The notes under the pieces are model-generated. The model had not been told where the DNA came from. It saw nothing but the letters and a program-made list of their open reading frames with translations, and did no database searches. From an uncultured Holophagales bacterium (GTDB lineage: Bacteria; Acidobacteriota; Thermoanaerobaculia; Multivoradales; UBA5704): 64,000 bases of DNA. Positions 63,401 to 64,000 of this stretch are shown here, in pieces. The position numbers and the translations under genes are program-made. The stretch lies in contig CAWJGT010000003.1 of NCBI GenBank assembly GCA_963842525.1, positions 1,344,001-1,408,000 on the forward strand. Direction: 5' to 3'. Position 1 is the stretch's first letter, and every line of letters starts with the position of its first letter.

Positions 63401-64000
63401 GGCTGGGGCAGGCGGACTGCATTGTCCCTTTTAAGGAGGCCCTTGAGCTTTTCGAGCTAATTGGCGACAGGACCGGTGCGGCGACTTGTGCGTATAACCT
63501 TGGGCATGCCTTCAAAGATTTGCTTGCTCTCCGTGACCTTTCCCAGGCCGAGCGCTGGTACCGAAGAAGCCTTGAGCTGCGCGACGAACGTAATTGGCTG
63601 GGCTACGGTCTTTGTTGGAAGCAGCTGGGGGTGGTAGCTCACCAGCGATTTAAAGACGCCCGGGCCGTAGAGCGGCCCGAGGAAGAGCTTCTACAATATC
63701 TGAACGAAGCAGTGAGGCTTTCCCATAGAGCTCTCGATTTTCTTCCGTCGAATGCGGTCGACGCCTTGGCCGATACTCACAGTCAACTTGGTGAGTTTTA
63801 CCGCTTAGCAGGAGACATCGGCAGCGCCCTGTCTTACTTCCGGCAGGCGATCCAGCTCTTTGAGGAAGCGGGTGATCTCTATTGGGCCACAGCGACCCGC
63901 TTCAACATTGCTCTCGTCTTCTCTAACACCGGCCGTCGGGCGGATGCCTTGGAGTACGCCGAGGCGGCGCTGCGGGGATTCGAGAGCTACGGGGAGGGGG
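60442..64000 (+). CDS. CHAT (caspase-like) protease-STAND ATPase-TPR protein, 3'-truncated by window edge
   Basis: open frame from ATG 60442 (not in the ORF track because there is no stop in the window): VVHFDGHG, VLNACRS, AYAGSGKTT, LWIWDNVE, GNPLTL, then TPR-like helices. Confidence 0.9.
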   Translation, partial: MLHLRLHQHAVGEGRHRVDLSLDGDGAPRTATSTFDFSLTPQDGEDLRWYLEEFLQYPQEPAPTIARRIEGRMAEVGTELFKGVFQENDDARDVWSRVRERLGETRIEIITGVAEASTIPWELLREPKRDAALALTAHSFVRAQPNAALAPQLPVRKKGKIRILLVICRPQAEQDVPFRSVANQLIRGLDAANREAYDLDVLRPPTFEQLGKVLRQAHRDGNPYHVVHFDGHGMYREIKEPGALGTLVGHLTSIVLAGPRAGKHGYLWFENPQLEAGSELVDGTSLGQLLAATGVPVLVLNACRSAHTEPAAEPGAADDPHSQVRAFGSLAQEVMDAGVAGVVAMRYNVYVVTAARLAAELYAALARGGSLGEAVTLARKNLADNPLREVIYAPLPLQDWAVPVVYEAAPLKLFPKAKDDSGLKINISNIAAGASATASPQAAGLDPDLPPSPDIGFYGRDETLLALDRAFDRDSIALLHAYAGSGKTTTAAEFARWYSLTGGVEGPVLFTTFERYLPLPRVLDRIGQVFGPALEGADVHWLALDDATRRQVALQVLAQVPVLWIWDNVEPVAGFPAGTESAWNATEQEEVLDFLRALRGTRVKILLTSRRDERSWLGDLPTRIAVPPMLMTESLQLVRALAAKRRRRLTDVEDWRPLLAFAQGNPLTLTVLAGQALREGLKTKGQIEDFVARLRSGEAAFPDEILEGRSRSLGASLAYGFEQAFNEEERKKLALLHLFQGFVDVNVLLAMGLPEVAWCLPEVRGLTRDQGITLLDRAAEVGLLAAHGGRFYGIHPALPWFFKGLFEQCYPAEDFVAARAFVEAMSALGEYYILQYASGNQDVLVTLRAEEANLLHARRLARGHGWWAQITSTMQGLRALYEPAGRWAEWKQLVEEVVPDFVDPSNDGPLPEREEEWSLVTQYRVLLANEEGRWAEAERLQTAHVKWIRQRAALSLALPVEELAGEGRNEVRALAVSLHALGQNRRGLGQADCIVPFKEALELFELIGDRTGAATCAYNLGHAFKDLLALRDLSQAERWYRRSLELRDERNWLGYGLCWKQLGVVAHQRFKDARAVERPEEELLQYLNEAVRLSHRALDFLPSNAVDALADTHSQLGEFYRLAGDIGSALSYFRQAIQLFEEAGDLYWATATRFNIALVFSNTGRRADALEYAEAALRGFESYGEG

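Overview
A high-GC (roughly 68-70% by eye) bacterial chromosomal window, probably from an Acidobacteriota (Thermoanaerobaculia-like) genome. The taxonomy is inferred only from protein families. Housekeeping blocks: a 2-oxoacid dehydrogenase E1a/E1b/E2 cluster, glgC-glgA, lipB, lipA, a NadQ-type regulator with nadABC (two operators and a sigma70 promoter are visible), proline dehydrogenase, map, aroC, an RNB ribonuclease, an RND pump and a surface-glycosylation island. Accessory content: (1) a split class I lanthipeptide system, with lanC plus a Cys/Ser/Thr-rich precursor translationally coupled to the end of the glycogen operon and the lanB dehydratase about 42 kb away; (2) immune-like proteins, namely a TIR fused to a FAIM-like beta domain, a TIR-NACHT-FGE/C-type-lectin protein whose tail looks like a DGR variable region, a CHAT-STAND-TPR protein missing from the ORF track, and a TIR relic; (3) a 5'-truncated group II intron whose 3' junction falls inside a REP-like arm; (4) two copies of an unexplained 102-bp/~21-bp palindromic array and a separate 10.5-bp-phased GAT array; (5) an orphan BoxB-like di-iron protein and a GNAT-aminotransferase fusion. 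Many genes carry single-base frameshifts, including aroC, which points to sequencing or assembly indels. About ten genes show a leaderless-type TANNNT-N5-8-ATG start. I recognised no rRNA, tRNA or CRISPR array.
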